From: an uncultured virus (IMG/VR IMGVR_UViG_3300017747_003095)
Taxonomy: Duplodnaviria > Heunggongvirae > Uroviricota > Caudoviricetes
Length of the DNA stretch: 64,000 nucleotides
Reading direction: 5' to 3' (one strand)
Virus record (IMG/VR): IMGVR_UViG_3300017747_003095
Shown here: positions 1 through 8,522 of the stretch, piece by piece
Layout of the letters: every line of letters starts with the position of its first letter
Numbering within the stretch: the stretch's first letter is position 1
Program-made: the position numbers and the translations under genes
Notes under the pieces: generated by a model
Database searches by the model: none
Told to the model about the DNA's origin: nothing
Seen by the model: the letters and a program-made list of their open reading frames with translations, nothing else

Positions 1-1
1 G

Positions 2-1336
2 TCCACCGCTTCAACACTATTCACTGTTACACAACAAGCTGGTATATTAGCAGGAACGGGGATTACTGGACTAGGAAAAGCAGGATTTATTCAGACAGGA
101 TCAGTTCAAACACTTATTGAAGGTACAAGCGGAACTGATTTTAACATAGTATCAAGCGCTAATACTCAGACTTTCAACCTTCCAACTGCATCGGCAACTA
201 ATAGAGGCGCGTTGAGTAGTGCTCATTGGACTGTCTTTAATGGAAAACAAAATGCTTTAACAACTACAAAGTCAGTTAAAATTGTATCTGACAATGTTGA
301 ACTTGATGGCGATTCTGCAAGTCCTGGCAATAATAAGGTTTACGGTACTGATGGATCGGGTGTCAAAGGATTTAAAAGCGATCCTGTAAATGCTGCATTG
401 GTTACTCTTTACGGGAGTGGTTTTGATGGTGATGTTACAATTTCTGTTAACACTACTTTAGCAAGGGATATGTATTACAATAACCTAACAGTTAATGTTG
501 GTGTTACTCTAAATACTAACGGATTCAAAGTTTATGTAAAAGCAACACTGACCAACAGCGGAACTATTGGTACAATTGGAAATAATGGTACTAATGGAAC
601 TTCATTTAGCGTTGTTGGTGCTGGTGGTGTAACAACTGCTATAGCAGCTGCAATTAATACAACCAACGGTGAAATATTTATAAACGGTGGTCCAGCGGGT
701 ACAGCTGGTGGTGCTGGAAGTACAACCAACGGTGCTGCTTCAACTAATGTTGCTTCTGCATCTATTTATTTGGGCGGTCTTGGAGGTCGTGGTGGAACGG
801 GTGGAACGGGACCAAGTGGAACGCCAGGTGCAAGTGGAACAGTTACTTCAGTTTATAATGGTATTGATGGGAAGCGTTACATAAATGCTATAACAGAATC
901 GTTTTGGCTTGGTATGTATTTCCCTTTTAGTTCAATTTCAGGTACGGGCGGTGGTGCTGGTGCTGGTGGTGGTGCTGGTACGGGTGGTGGATCAGGTGGA
1001 GGCGGTGGAAGCGGAGTTCGTGGAGTAAATATTCACGCACTTTCTTTAATTAATTCAGGTACAATTAGAGCAATTGGTGGTAATGGTGGTAACGGTTCAG
1101 CTGCTACGGGTACAAACGCTGGTGGTGGCGGTGGCGGTGGTGGTGGTGGTGGCGGTTATATGTATTTAATTTATGGATCAATAAATAATACAGGAACAAT
1201 TAGTGTTGCTGGTGGTACAGCTGGGACGGGTACAGCTGGAAATGGAACGGGTGGAGCAGGAGCAAATGGAGCCAATGGAAGTGCAGGAACTCTAATTCAA
1301 ATTAACACAACGCTTGGAACATTATCTCAGACATGA
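2..1336 (+). CDS. Glycine-rich tail fibre/spike-like protein, 5'-truncated by window edge
   Basis: Frame open from position 2 into ORF 212..1336; poly-Gly repeats (GGGGGGGGGGG, GGNGGNG), 'YGSGFDGDVTIS...YNNLTVN' segment typical of phage Gly-rich tail proteins; upstream of lysis genes. Confidence 0.7.
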   Translation, partial: STASTLFTVTQQAGILAGTGITGLGKAGFIQTGSVQTLIEGTSGTDFNIVSSANTQTFNLPTASATNRGALSSAHWTVFNGKQNALTTTKSVKIVSDNVELDGDSASPGNNKVYGTDGSGVKGFKSDPVNAALVTLYGSGFDGDVTISVNTTLARDMYYNNLTVNVGVTLNTNGFKVYVKATLTNSGTIGTIGNNGTNGTSFSVVGAGGVTTAIAAAINTTNGEIFINGGPAGTAGGAGSTTNGAASTNVASASIYLGGLGGRGGTGGTGPSGTPGASGTVTSVYNGIDGKRYINAITESFWLGMYFPFSSISGTGGGAGAGGGAGTGGGSGGGGGSGVRGVNIHALSLINSGTIRAIGGNGGNGSAATGTNAGGGGGGGGGGGGYMYLIYGSINNTGTISVAGGTAGTGTAGNGTGGAGANGANGSAGTLIQINTTLGTLSQT

Positions 1337-1500
1337 TAAACTACCCTATAAAATGCGCGGTTTGCCGAATTACAGTAGTCGGTAGTATAGAAATAAAAAC
1401 TAAAGAAGATTACCCAGGTGATGAGAAATGTGCTTTGATTTGCGATGCTTGTGTGGAGCAAATAAATAAAGATAACCCTGATCTTGAAAGTGATTCTTGA
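1333..1500 (+). CDS. 55-aa CxxC...CxxC zinc-ribbon-like protein (not in ORF track)
   Basis: ATGA overlap with upstream stop; MINYPIKCAVCRI...LICDACVEQ...SDS*. Confidence 0.6.
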   Translation: MINYPIKCAVCRITVVGSIEIKTKEDYPGDEKCALICDACVEQINKDNPDLESDS

Positions 1501-1544
1501 TTCTAAATAACTGTATAATTTGTAAATTCGCAAAAACAAAAGAC

Positions 1545-2033
1545 ATGAAGCAGATAAGAAACAGAGTGAGCCAGGTGTCAAGCGATACACTAGTAAATGT
1601 TATTATCCCGTCTAGTCCATTCCTAGGACAGGAGGCTATGGTTCCTGTTTCTGCGATAGGGGGAGGCGGCGAAAGCGGTTCTTGGAATCCGACTACAACA
1701 AATGTAACAGGTAGCCCTACAGTTAATGTTATTGCTGGCAATTATTCTCGTGTTGGCAGTGTTGTAACTTGCTCATTGTTTTTAGGAGTTACAATGGGTG
1801 TTGCTGAAAATGTTTGTGAATTTAGATTGGATCTTCCTATTGTATCAGATTTCGCACAGGAAAAAAATGCCTTTGGTATTATTGGCTATAATACTGCAAG
1901 TGATGGCGAACTTGTTAATTGGAATGTTAAAGCAAATACTTCAACTGATGATATTAGCATTGAGTTGGAATCTGTAACTGACGAGTTTGCATACGAATAC
2001 ATCTACGCCATCCTTCAATATGTAATCATCTAG
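1545..2033 (+). CDS. Hypothetical beta-rich protein, tail-fibre C-terminal-like
   Basis: 'GSWNPT...GNYSRVGSVVTC...LDLP' pattern of tail fibre distal domains; ATG after A-rich leader. Confidence 0.5.
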   Translation: MKQIRNRVSQVSSDTLVNVIIPSSPFLGQEAMVPVSAIGGGGESGSWNPTTTNVTGSPTVNVIAGNYSRVGSVVTCSLFLGVTMGVAENVCEFRLDLPIVSDFAQEKNAFGIIGYNTASDGELVNWNVKANTSTDDISIELESVTDEFAYEYIYAILQYVII

Positions 2034-2048
2034 TGAAATTACTTCACC

Positions 2049-2534
2049 ATGACAAAGGATCCAATCACCATCAAGCGTATAGACCTTCTCCATCCAGACG
2101 AAAGAGCTAGCGTACATACCATGTACGATGAAATCTGCGAGGCGTTAACAGGTAAGGCTGTATGCAGGTTCTCTCATACCCTAAGGACGGACAAGGAGCA
2201 GGACGAGCTCTATGCTCAGGGTCGTACCAAGGCGGGCAAGAAGGTTACTAACGCGAAGGGAGGACAGAGTTTCCATAACTTCGGACTAGCTTTTGATATC
2301 GTATTGATCATCGATGGGAAAGAGGCGTCATGGAACACCCTGAAAGATTTTGACGGGGATAAGGTAGCCGATTGGATGGAGGTCGTAGCCATCGCCAAGG
2401 AGCATGGATGGGAATGGGGCGGTGACTGGGCTAAGTTCAAGGACGCTCCTCACTTCCAGAAAACCCATGGCAAGACCGCAGCTCAACTAAGGGCTCTTCG
2501 TGGTAAGAATCTATACCCTACACTAAGGGCGTAA
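2049..2534 (+). CDS. Endolysin, M15-family (L-Ala-D-Glu-type) zinc peptidase
   Basis: Motifs LRTxxEQxxLYAQGRT, SxHNFGLAFD, WGGDW, DAPHFQ. Confidence 0.93.
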   Translation: MTKDPITIKRIDLLHPDERASVHTMYDEICEALTGKAVCRFSHTLRTDKEQDELYAQGRTKAGKKVTNAKGGQSFHNFGLAFDIVLIIDGKEASWNTLKDFDGDKVADWMEVVAIAKEHGWEWGGDWAKFKDAPHFQKTHGKTAAQLRALRGKNLYPTLRA

Positions 2535-2614
2535 GTTTAAACTAGAAAAACAAAAAACAAGTGGGTTCTTTTTTCGTAGAATTAACAACCGCAGAGACGG
2601 GAAATTCTAAAGGT

Positions 2615-2818
2615 ATGACAAGGCCAAAACCAAGCAAAGCGAAGCAGATATTTGACATCCTGCTAAAATATGGTAAGCCAACAATCGGCACCTCCATAGT
2701 TGTGATTTGCGTGTTCCTTGTCATCTTTAAGAAGATCTCGATAGAAACACTAGGAGGGATAGTCCTAGCTCTAATCTCTGCTGGGTTAATCCCCAAGAAA
2801 AAAGAAAGCGATGACTAA
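2615..2818 (+). CDS. Putative holin
   Basis: Small, two hydrophobic segments, charged C-terminus, directly after endolysin. Confidence 0.6.
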   Translation: MTRPKPSKAKQIFDILLKYGKPTIGTSIVVICVFLVIFKKISIETLGGIVLALISAGLIPKKKESDD

Positions 2819-3344
2819 CCTAGATAAAGACACCACTTGGACTATAACAAAAAGGTTTGTAGCTCCAGAGCAAAAAGATACGTCGATGAAAGATCATGTA
2901 ATAAAAATAGACACAATGATCTCCGAGGGCACTATTATCAAGATAGAACCTAGGGAGCCAAAGTCGTACACCAAGGTCATTAACGGGGAGGTATTCAAGT
3001 ACCACATCAATGAGCTTGGCGATACTATGATCGTGGATAATTTCTATTCACTAAAGAGCCCTATCTTAGCTCCAGAAAACAAAACCGATCAAAGCAAAAT
3101 CATGATCACACCTAGCGATAGCGATTTCCTAAAGCCTGGGGACAACAGATCCGCATCAGAGATAATCTCAGTGGATCTAAAGTCAAGCGGGACGGCAGGA
3201 TTAAAGTCCGAACTAGAATACGACCTAGGGGCTAGGGCTGTATTGTTTGTTTTCATGGTCTACGTAACGACCATGTACCTTTATAGATCAGCTCCAGATT
3301 GGGCTGCGATGACTAGCAAAATAAGATCTGTAATATCCTCTTAA
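2811..3344 (+). CDS. Hypothetical protein with C-terminal transmembrane segment
   Basis: Overlaps holin stop; AVLFVFMVYVTTMYLY hydrophobic stretch. Confidence 0.6.
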   Translation: MTNLDKDTTWTITKRFVAPEQKDTSMKDHVIKIDTMISEGTIIKIEPREPKSYTKVINGEVFKYHINELGDTMIVDNFYSLKSPILAPENKTDQSKIMITPSDSDFLKPGDNRSASEIISVDLKSSGTAGLKSELEYDLGARAVLFVFMVYVTTMYLYRSAPDWAAMTSKIRSVISS

Positions 3345-3349
3345 ATTGG

Positions 3350-3384
3350 TGCTAATTTACTAGACGAAAATCCGTAAATTAGCA
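3350..3384. promoter_or_regulatory. 11-bp perfect inverted repeat upstream of PAS-HisKA gene (operator or hairpin)
   Basis: TGCTAATTTAC-N13-GTAAATTAGCA. Confidence 0.5.
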
Positions 3385-3399
3385 TCACTTAAACAAGAG

Positions 3400-3969
3400 A
3401 TGATACCTACAAGCATTCTGCTAGAAAACTCGATAAGTATATTCTATTTGAAGGTCGCAGAAGATGGGGCTATAGACTATGCAAACGAACTTTTTAAATC
3501 CTATGCGTCCCATATACAGCCAACAAACATAAGTCATTTCATTTACGATGTTGATGACATGAAGTTGACTAAAAGCGCGATGGCTAAGGCGGTAAAGTCG
3601 AGTCCATTCCCTACTAGCTTTCAGTGCAAGATAACCCAGAAGAACGGAGCCAAGAGATGGTGTTCGTGGGAGGTTGCATACGGGAACAATCAGTATCATC
3701 TTTTCGGTATCCAGCTATTCGATGTGATCTCTATTACTGCCCACGAATATGAGGAGCAGCAAAGGTTGCTAGAGAAGATCGTATGGATACAGTCTCACAA
3801 GGTAAGGAAGCCACTAGCAAACATCATCGGACTGGTCGCTATGATCGGGAAAGATCCATCGGCATATACCGAGGAGGCTCAGGTGATCAATATGCTGAAA
3901 GAGTCCTCGGAAGAGTTAGATGGTGTCGTGAGAGAAATAACAGAATTGTGTCACGGCTTAAAGGGTTAA
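3400..3969 (+). CDS. PAS domain + HisKA phosphoacceptor/dimerisation helix pair, no ATPase domain
   Basis: PAS signatures DGxIxYANxxF and KNGxxRWxxW; H-box QSHKVRKPLANIIGL; protein ends ~55 aa later with no N/G1/F/G2 boxes. Confidence 0.8.
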   Translation: MIPTSILLENSISIFYLKVAEDGAIDYANELFKSYASHIQPTNISHFIYDVDDMKLTKSAMAKAVKSSPFPTSFQCKITQKNGAKRWCSWEVAYGNNQYHLFGIQLFDVISITAHEYEEQQRLLEKIVWIQSHKVRKPLANIIGLVAMIGKDPSAYTEEAQVINMLKESSEELDGVVREITELCHGLKG

Positions 3970-3999
3970 TTTGATATATTCGCATAACCCCTTGTAGTT

Positions 4000-4197
4000 A
4001 TGATCAATCATTTTTTTCTTTCTGAATCAGAACACAATGAAAGACTCATAGAAGTTCTGAAAGAGAAGTTAACCAACGGAGAGATGGATGAAGAGACGGC
4101 TAAAAGGATAGCCAAGGATATGTGGAGGCCAGTTAAGGGTAAAATACTTTCTATTAATAAGCTAAAATTGGCAATAATAAATGAAGGCTCTATTTGA
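4000..4197 (+). CDS. Hypothetical protein
   Basis: 65-aa ORF with TATATTCG promoter-like motif just upstream. Confidence 0.55.
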   Translation: MINHFFLSESEHNERLIEVLKEKLTNGEMDEETAKRIAKDMWRPVKGKILSINKLKLAIINEGSI

Positions 4198-4855
4198 AAA
4201 CCGAAGAAGCATTTATGTAATAGTATTATGCGTCCTGTTGCTATTCCTCGTAAAGTCTTGTGAGTCGATATTGGAAACAGAGTCCTTCATAGAAAGTCTG
4301 AATAGCAAATACTCTGTCCTTAAAACAAAGTCCCTACGCGATAGCTCTAAGATCTACAGCCAAGGTCTCGAGATTGTTTCTAGTAAGGCTCAGATCAAAG
4401 CCCTTGAGAAAGAGCTAGAGGCGATGAAGATCAAGGATCCTGAGGTGGTTATAAAAACCCAAGTGAAAACAGTTATCCAAACGAAGATAGAGCTGGTAGC
4501 AGACTCGACCCCTACGGGTCCTGTACTGCGATTGCCAAAAGACATCTTCAAGAGAGAGAAGTGGTTTACCCTTGGTGGCACTATAAACAGGCTAGGAACG
4601 CTTCAGATCGATTCAATCGTTACGCATGGTACATTGACCCATGCGATAGGAGATACGCTCAGAGCGGGGCTAATTAACAAGGTTTTTAGGAATAAAGACA
4701 AGGTTGTATCTCTGCACATGGATAACCCATACATGGAGATCACAGGAATGAAGACCATTGTTGTGTCTCAGGAGAAGAAATGGTATCAGACAACCGCCTT
4801 TAAGGTTGGTGCTGGCATACTGCTGGGTGCTACGGTAGTGTCGCTAGGGAAGTAG
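4181..4855 (+). CDS. Putative spanin-like lysis protein
   Basis: N-terminal hydrophobic segment ending VKSC, coiled coil, C-terminal KKWY...GILLG membrane anchor; lysis-cassette position. Confidence 0.6.
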   Translation: MKALFENRRSIYVIVLCVLLLFLVKSCESILETESFIESLNSKYSVLKTKSLRDSSKIYSQGLEIVSSKAQIKALEKELEAMKIKDPEVVIKTQVKTVIQTKIELVADSTPTGPVLRLPKDIFKREKWFTLGGTINRLGTLQIDSIVTHGTLTHAIGDTLRAGLINKVFRNKDKVVSLHMDNPYMEITGMKTIVVSQEKKWYQTTAFKVGAGILLGATVVSLGK

Positions 4856-4861
4856 CGTTGC

Positions 4862-5044
4862 TTAGTTTTTTCTGATATACTCTATTAAAAAATATATCCC
4901 GCCAATAACAAATATGGAAGGGATTAAAGCAACAATAGAAATAGTAAGTATTGTAAATGAGTGATCTCCTGTCAAAACGCCGTATCCATATCCCATTCCA
5001 ATAAAAATTAGGCACAGGGCGAGTATTGCAAGCAGTTTCTTCAT
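4862..5044 (-). CDS. Small two-TM membrane protein
   Basis: Two hydrophobic segments in 60 aa. Confidence 0.6.
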   Translation of the reverse strand: MKKLLAILALCLIFIGMGYGYGVLTGDHSFTILTISIVALIPSIFVIGGIYFLIEYIRKN

Positions 5045-5205
5045 GGTTTTTTTGTTAAGTGTTGATTTAGCTTCTCCTTGATATCATTTATGTCGGCAAG
5101 TATGACGAATAGAAAGCCAATGGTTATCAGCCCGTGCTCGTTAGAGTAAAATGATCCAAATAAAAGGCAAGCAATAGCCGCGGTCAAGTAAATGTATGTC
5201 CTCAT
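5041..5205 (-). CDS. Small two-TM membrane protein (not in ORF track)
   Basis: MRTYIYLTAAIACLLFG...ITIGFLFVILAD; ATGA overlaps at both ends. Confidence 0.55.
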   Translation of the reverse strand: MRTYIYLTAAIACLLFGSFYSNEHGLITIGFLFVILADINDIKEKLNQHLTKKP

Positions 5206-5528
5206 TTCTTTTGTGTTTTGATTCTAAATGATTCGTCTATCCCATCCTCATCCATCATCTCGTTGCATGCATCGATGTTTATTTGATAGAATTCTTTTTT
5301 AGGTATATCAAACAATTCCATGACCTTGTCTACATTGCATAGGGTAGGACGTTTGTCGTAGACTTTGCAAAAATTATCTTTGGTCAGCATCTCGCATCTT
5401 CCACTATCATCCCAGGAATACGGAAAGTATAAAGGGTTGTCTATGGTGTTTTCTCCAATAGACTTTACGGCTATGTTTATTCGCTTGCAGCAGCAGCCGC
5501 AGGCTGTACACGGAAACTTGTCTTGCAT
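5202..5528 (-). CDS. YkgJ-family (CxxCxxCC) cysteine-cluster protein
   Basis: FPCTACGCCC...RCEML...CKVYDKRPTLC. Confidence 0.85.
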   Translation of the reverse strand: MQDKFPCTACGCCCKRINIAVKSIGENTIDNPLYFPYSWDDSGRCEMLTKDNFCKVYDKRPTLCNVDKVMELFDIPKKEFYQINIDACNEMMDEDGIDESFRIKTQKK

Positions 5529-5542
5529 ACTAATTAGGTTTG

Positions 5543-5615
5543 TGACTAGAGGTGGGCTCGAACCACCGACGCATGAGTTAGACCCTCACCGCTCTACCAA
5601 CTGAGCTACCTAGCC
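5543..5615 (-). tRNA. Atypical tRNA, nominal anticodon TCT (Arg)
   Basis: GGCTAGG-TA-GCTC-AGTTGGTA-GAGC-G-GTGAG-GGTCTAA-CTCAT-GCGTC-GGTGG-TTCGAGC-CCACC-TCTAGTC-A; full cloverleaf, but G at position 33 and no encoded CCA. Confidence 0.8.
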
Positions 5616-5708
5616 AAGATCCCCACAGCCTTGCAAAAAAGTGTCGCCTTTGTACGAAACAGCTGTGGGGTATAAAGAACGAACCGGATACCCTCCGGCA
5701 GGGTTGTT

Positions 5709-5951
5709 TTAGAAATCGTCAGTGCACCAGATGGGAGTCTTCTCTCCGACGTATGCGCCTTCGATGTTGAAGCCATAGTGCTCAAGTGCCTCTTCGAATG
5801 TGAGCCCCTCGCTGACAAGGATGTTGATGACCTTACTCTTGGAGTATATTAACCTCAGGGAGCTTTCTTCAATCCCTATGATGGCGTCATCTAACCCATC
5901 AGCCTTCAGAATATCTTCGTCAGGATACCACTCAAGAATCTTATCAAGCAT
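5709..5951 (-). CDS. Conserved phage hypothetical protein
   Basis: ADGLDDAIIG...EEALEHYGFNIEGAYVGEKTP motif; start overlaps upstream stop. Confidence 0.7.
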   Translation of the reverse strand: MLDKILEWYPDEDILKADGLDDAIIGIEESSLRLIYSKSKVINILVSEGLTFEEALEHYGFNIEGAYVGEKTPIWCTDDF

Positions 5952-6900
5952 TTTCTGTCTTTTCAAATATTTTACGGAATCTGTAATTTTCAATAGGATC
6001 TTGCCCTAGCTGAACTATACCGAACGGGTGCAGGTACGTAGGGATGTTGTTCCTGACCTTATGCTTGGCGATCTGTAGCTTGGCAAAGATAACCGTAAGT
6101 GGGGTTGTTTGGGACTGATCCTTGAGGCTAAATGTAGGCTCGGTTCTCCATGCCTTTGGTGCCCAATTGAACAGCCTTATCGGGATGGTAGAGTTCCTGA
6201 ACTCGTCGTAGTTCTCCTTAAGCAAGAGCTCGCACAAGACCAGCTGGTCTGCATGCTTGTCGGTGAACCCATTGCGTCCGCTCTTGAAGTCGACTAAGCC
6301 ATAGATCTCTAGCTCTCGAGAGGTTTCTTTCGGCTGACCTTTTTTATCGCCAGTCTTGTAGACCTCTCCGAAGAAGCCTTTCTCTTTTACCACCATCTTG
6401 CAGATTAGATCCAGCGTACCACCGAAGCCATGGGTCTTTGATACCAGAGGAAGTTCGATGGCGATAGGCTGCACGTTATACTCAGCGCAGAAGGTGCAGA
6501 AGGAAAGCAAATCTTGGCACAAGTCCTCGTACCAAATGAACCACTTGTTCTTAGGGACATTGTGCTCGGTGTATAGTGTAGCTACACGGTTGCCAAGCAG
6601 ATCGAAGTCGATGGTCTTGTACTCAAGGAACTCGGCTATCAGGATGTGCATTATCGTGCCGTAGGTAGCACGTTCGTTGAGGAACTGCATCCACTTGTCG
6701 TATCCCATGTCGGACATCTTCCTGATCAAGCCCTCGTCCTGCTTGGTGGTCATGTCGATAAGCGACGTAACGGAAATGTACATCTTGTCTTCGCAGAGGT
6801 AGAACCTACCTTGTGCTGTGTTCACACGTCTTAGCGTGTACGGAGGAGGTTCAAGCAGGGAATAGTTAGACCCTACGTCCTCTATCTGTGGTTTCATCAT
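5944..6900 (-). CDS. PD-(D/E)XK (Cas4/RecB-like) exonuclease
   Basis: SVTSLI...GTIMH...IE...GGTLDLI...VDFKSG...QL motif order. Confidence 0.8.
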   Translation of the reverse strand: MMKPQIEDVGSNYSLLEPPPYTLRRVNTAQGRFYLCEDKMYISVTSLIDMTTKQDEGLIRKMSDMGYDKWMQFLNERATYGTIMHILIAEFLEYKTIDFDLLGNRVATLYTEHNVPKNKWFIWYEDLCQDLLSFCTFCAEYNVQPIAIELPLVSKTHGFGGTLDLICKMVVKEKGFFGEVYKTGDKKGQPKETSRELEIYGLVDFKSGRNGFTDKHADQLVLCELLLKENYDEFRNSTIPIRLFNWAPKAWRTEPTFSLKDQSQTTPLTVIFAKLQIAKHKVRNNIPTYLHPFGIVQLGQDPIENYRFRKIFEKTENA

Positions 6901-7100
6901 GATATCTTGAAAAGTTTTTTTAATGCGCCCTCGTCTTGGATGACCTTCTTCATCTTCCATACGCATAGGGCGTAGCTGCCTGTGATTATTTTTACGCCAT
7001 TGTAAGAAAGAGTCCAAGAGAACTTAGACTCTTTCTTCTTTGGCTTCTTTCCGTAGTGGAACTCTTTCCACTGCTCTCTAGAAAGACTCTCCTCGCTCAT
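6897..7100 (-). CDS. Hypothetical basic protein
   Basis: 67-aa ORF translationally coupled to nuclease. Confidence 0.55.
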   Translation of the reverse strand: MSEESLSREQWKEFHYGKKPKKKESKFSWTLSYNGVKIITGSYALCVWKMKKVIQDEGALKKLFKIS

Positions 7101-7254
7101 ACCTAGCCCAGTCTACTTAATCAATTGGTTAAGTATGCTCCTCTGCTCTACGATGTGATCATGACGATCCATCGCGGTCACAAACCCAGGATCTGCACTA
7201 AGCACCGCCTTAACGGTAGAGCAATGCTGCTTGTACATAGCGTAACTGTTCTCA

Positions 7255-7971
7255 TTAAAACGGAAGATCATCTTGATCCCCAATAGGTTCAGGAGTTTGT
7301 TCATGTTGTTTTGGGTTTTGGGTTTTGGTTGACTCTTCTAGCGCTTTTTGCTCCGCTAGTTTTTTTAACGCACTGTCGCCCTTCATCTCTTGCTCGGGAA
7401 GGCTTGGTGCAGCAGGTTGTTTCTTTGATACAGCTCCGACTCTGTTAGAGATCTCCTGAGCTAAACGCTCATAGAATTCGATCACCTCGGAGTCATCGAT
7501 CACTTCTTTCTTGCCGACGGTCACCTTGTGAGGCTTCGGCAGTTGGCTGGGCTCATACGCCCAAGAGGCTCGCTCTCCACCGTTCTCGATGTAGGCTGCT
7601 GCCATGTTCTTGTCATTGCCCTTCTTGACGTATAACTTGATCTTGATAGGCTTATCGAAGTCACATCCGTAAAGGGTATTGATCACGTTGTACGTTAGTA
7701 GCGTGAAAGAGCTCTCTACTTGGATTCTCTCGCCTGATTCATCTGTAAACACTAGCTTGAGTGTCTTTTTGGTGTCGTTCTGATAAACGAACTCGCCTAC
7801 CGTAGCAGAGACCAAGAGTCCCTCTACTGTGTCAAACCGTTGTGTGGTCTGCCATTTGCCGTCTACCTTTTCGCTCATGCCAAAGAAGGCATTAACATCG
7901 TCCGTTCCGGGCTCTTTTGAAAACATTTTGACGTAGCTTGTTTTTGTTTGTTCGGAGTTTGAAAGTCCCAT
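7255..7971 (-). CDS. Putative single-stranded DNA-binding protein
   Basis: Acidic C-terminal tail DQDDLPF after flexible linker; near exonuclease. Confidence 0.65.
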   Translation of the reverse strand: MGLSNSEQTKTSYVKMFSKEPGTDDVNAFFGMSEKVDGKWQTTQRFDTVEGLLVSATVGEFVYQNDTKKTLKLVFTDESGERIQVESSFTLLTYNVINTLYGCDFDKPIKIKLYVKKGNDKNMAAAYIENGGERASWAYEPSQLPKPHKVTVGKKEVIDDSEVIEFYERLAQEISNRVGAVSKKQPAAPSLPEQEMKGDSALKKLAEQKALEESTKTQNPKQHEQTPEPIGDQDDLPF

Positions 7972-8049
7972 TTTTGAATTGATTTTTAGTGAAAAAAGTT
8001 TTTTTTGTTATGCAATTATAGAGAGATTTAACTAAATCTCAAAGGCAAT

Positions 8050-8256
8050 TTACTTAAATATTTTGTCGAAAATTGAAAACCATCCAATAATCGAAAAAGC
8101 GTAGGCTATACACCATAGGATAGCGAAGCCTACGATCTGAAGTGAGCTCCAGTGGAATGAAAGAAAGGTGGCTTCAATGAAAGCCCATACACATAAACCT
8201 TGGGATGCGACTGACAATATCAGTGGTAGCCATCCATGCAATATCATATTTTTCAT
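8050..8256 (-). CDS. Small two-TM membrane protein
   Basis: Two hydrophobic helices; ATGA coupling to upstream gene. Confidence 0.55.
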   Translation of the reverse strand: MKNMILHGWLPLILSVASQGLCVWAFIEATFLSFHWSSLQIVGFAILWCIAYAFSIIGWFSIFDKIFK

Positions 8257-8522
8257 TGTTTCGAAACTAAGATTACTACTACTTTGTAAATTCTGCCCGT
8301 CTCGTCCAGAATACTTCTGGTGATGCATACGTAGGAAGGGTTGTACTTCCTGCGCCATTGGACAAGGGCTGCTGAGATGTTCCTAGAGGTGCGCTTGTTG
8401 AACGCCTTGCCCTCGGGAAAGAACTCTATCGAGTCACCTACCTTTTCTAAGGAGGAGAAGTTATACTTGCTCGGTCTCCCTAGAGTACTCTTCTTCTCTG
8501 ATTTTTCTGATGTTTGGTTCAT
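8253..8522 (-). CDS. Putative small DNA-binding phage protein
   Basis: GRPSKYNFSSLEKVGDS motif common in phage proteins. Confidence 0.5.
   Translation of the reverse strand: MNQTSEKSEKKSTLGRPSKYNFSSLEKVGDSIEFFPEGKAFNKRTSRNISAALVQWRRKYNPSYVCITRSILDETGRIYKVVVILVSKQ

Noticed and set aside
940..1155. GGT/GGC tandem repeats
   Set aside because: Simply encode poly-glycine of the tail protein
7113..7304. 63-aa minus-strand ORF
   Set aside because: Overlaps the SSB 3' end with an unconvincing start; coding status unresolved
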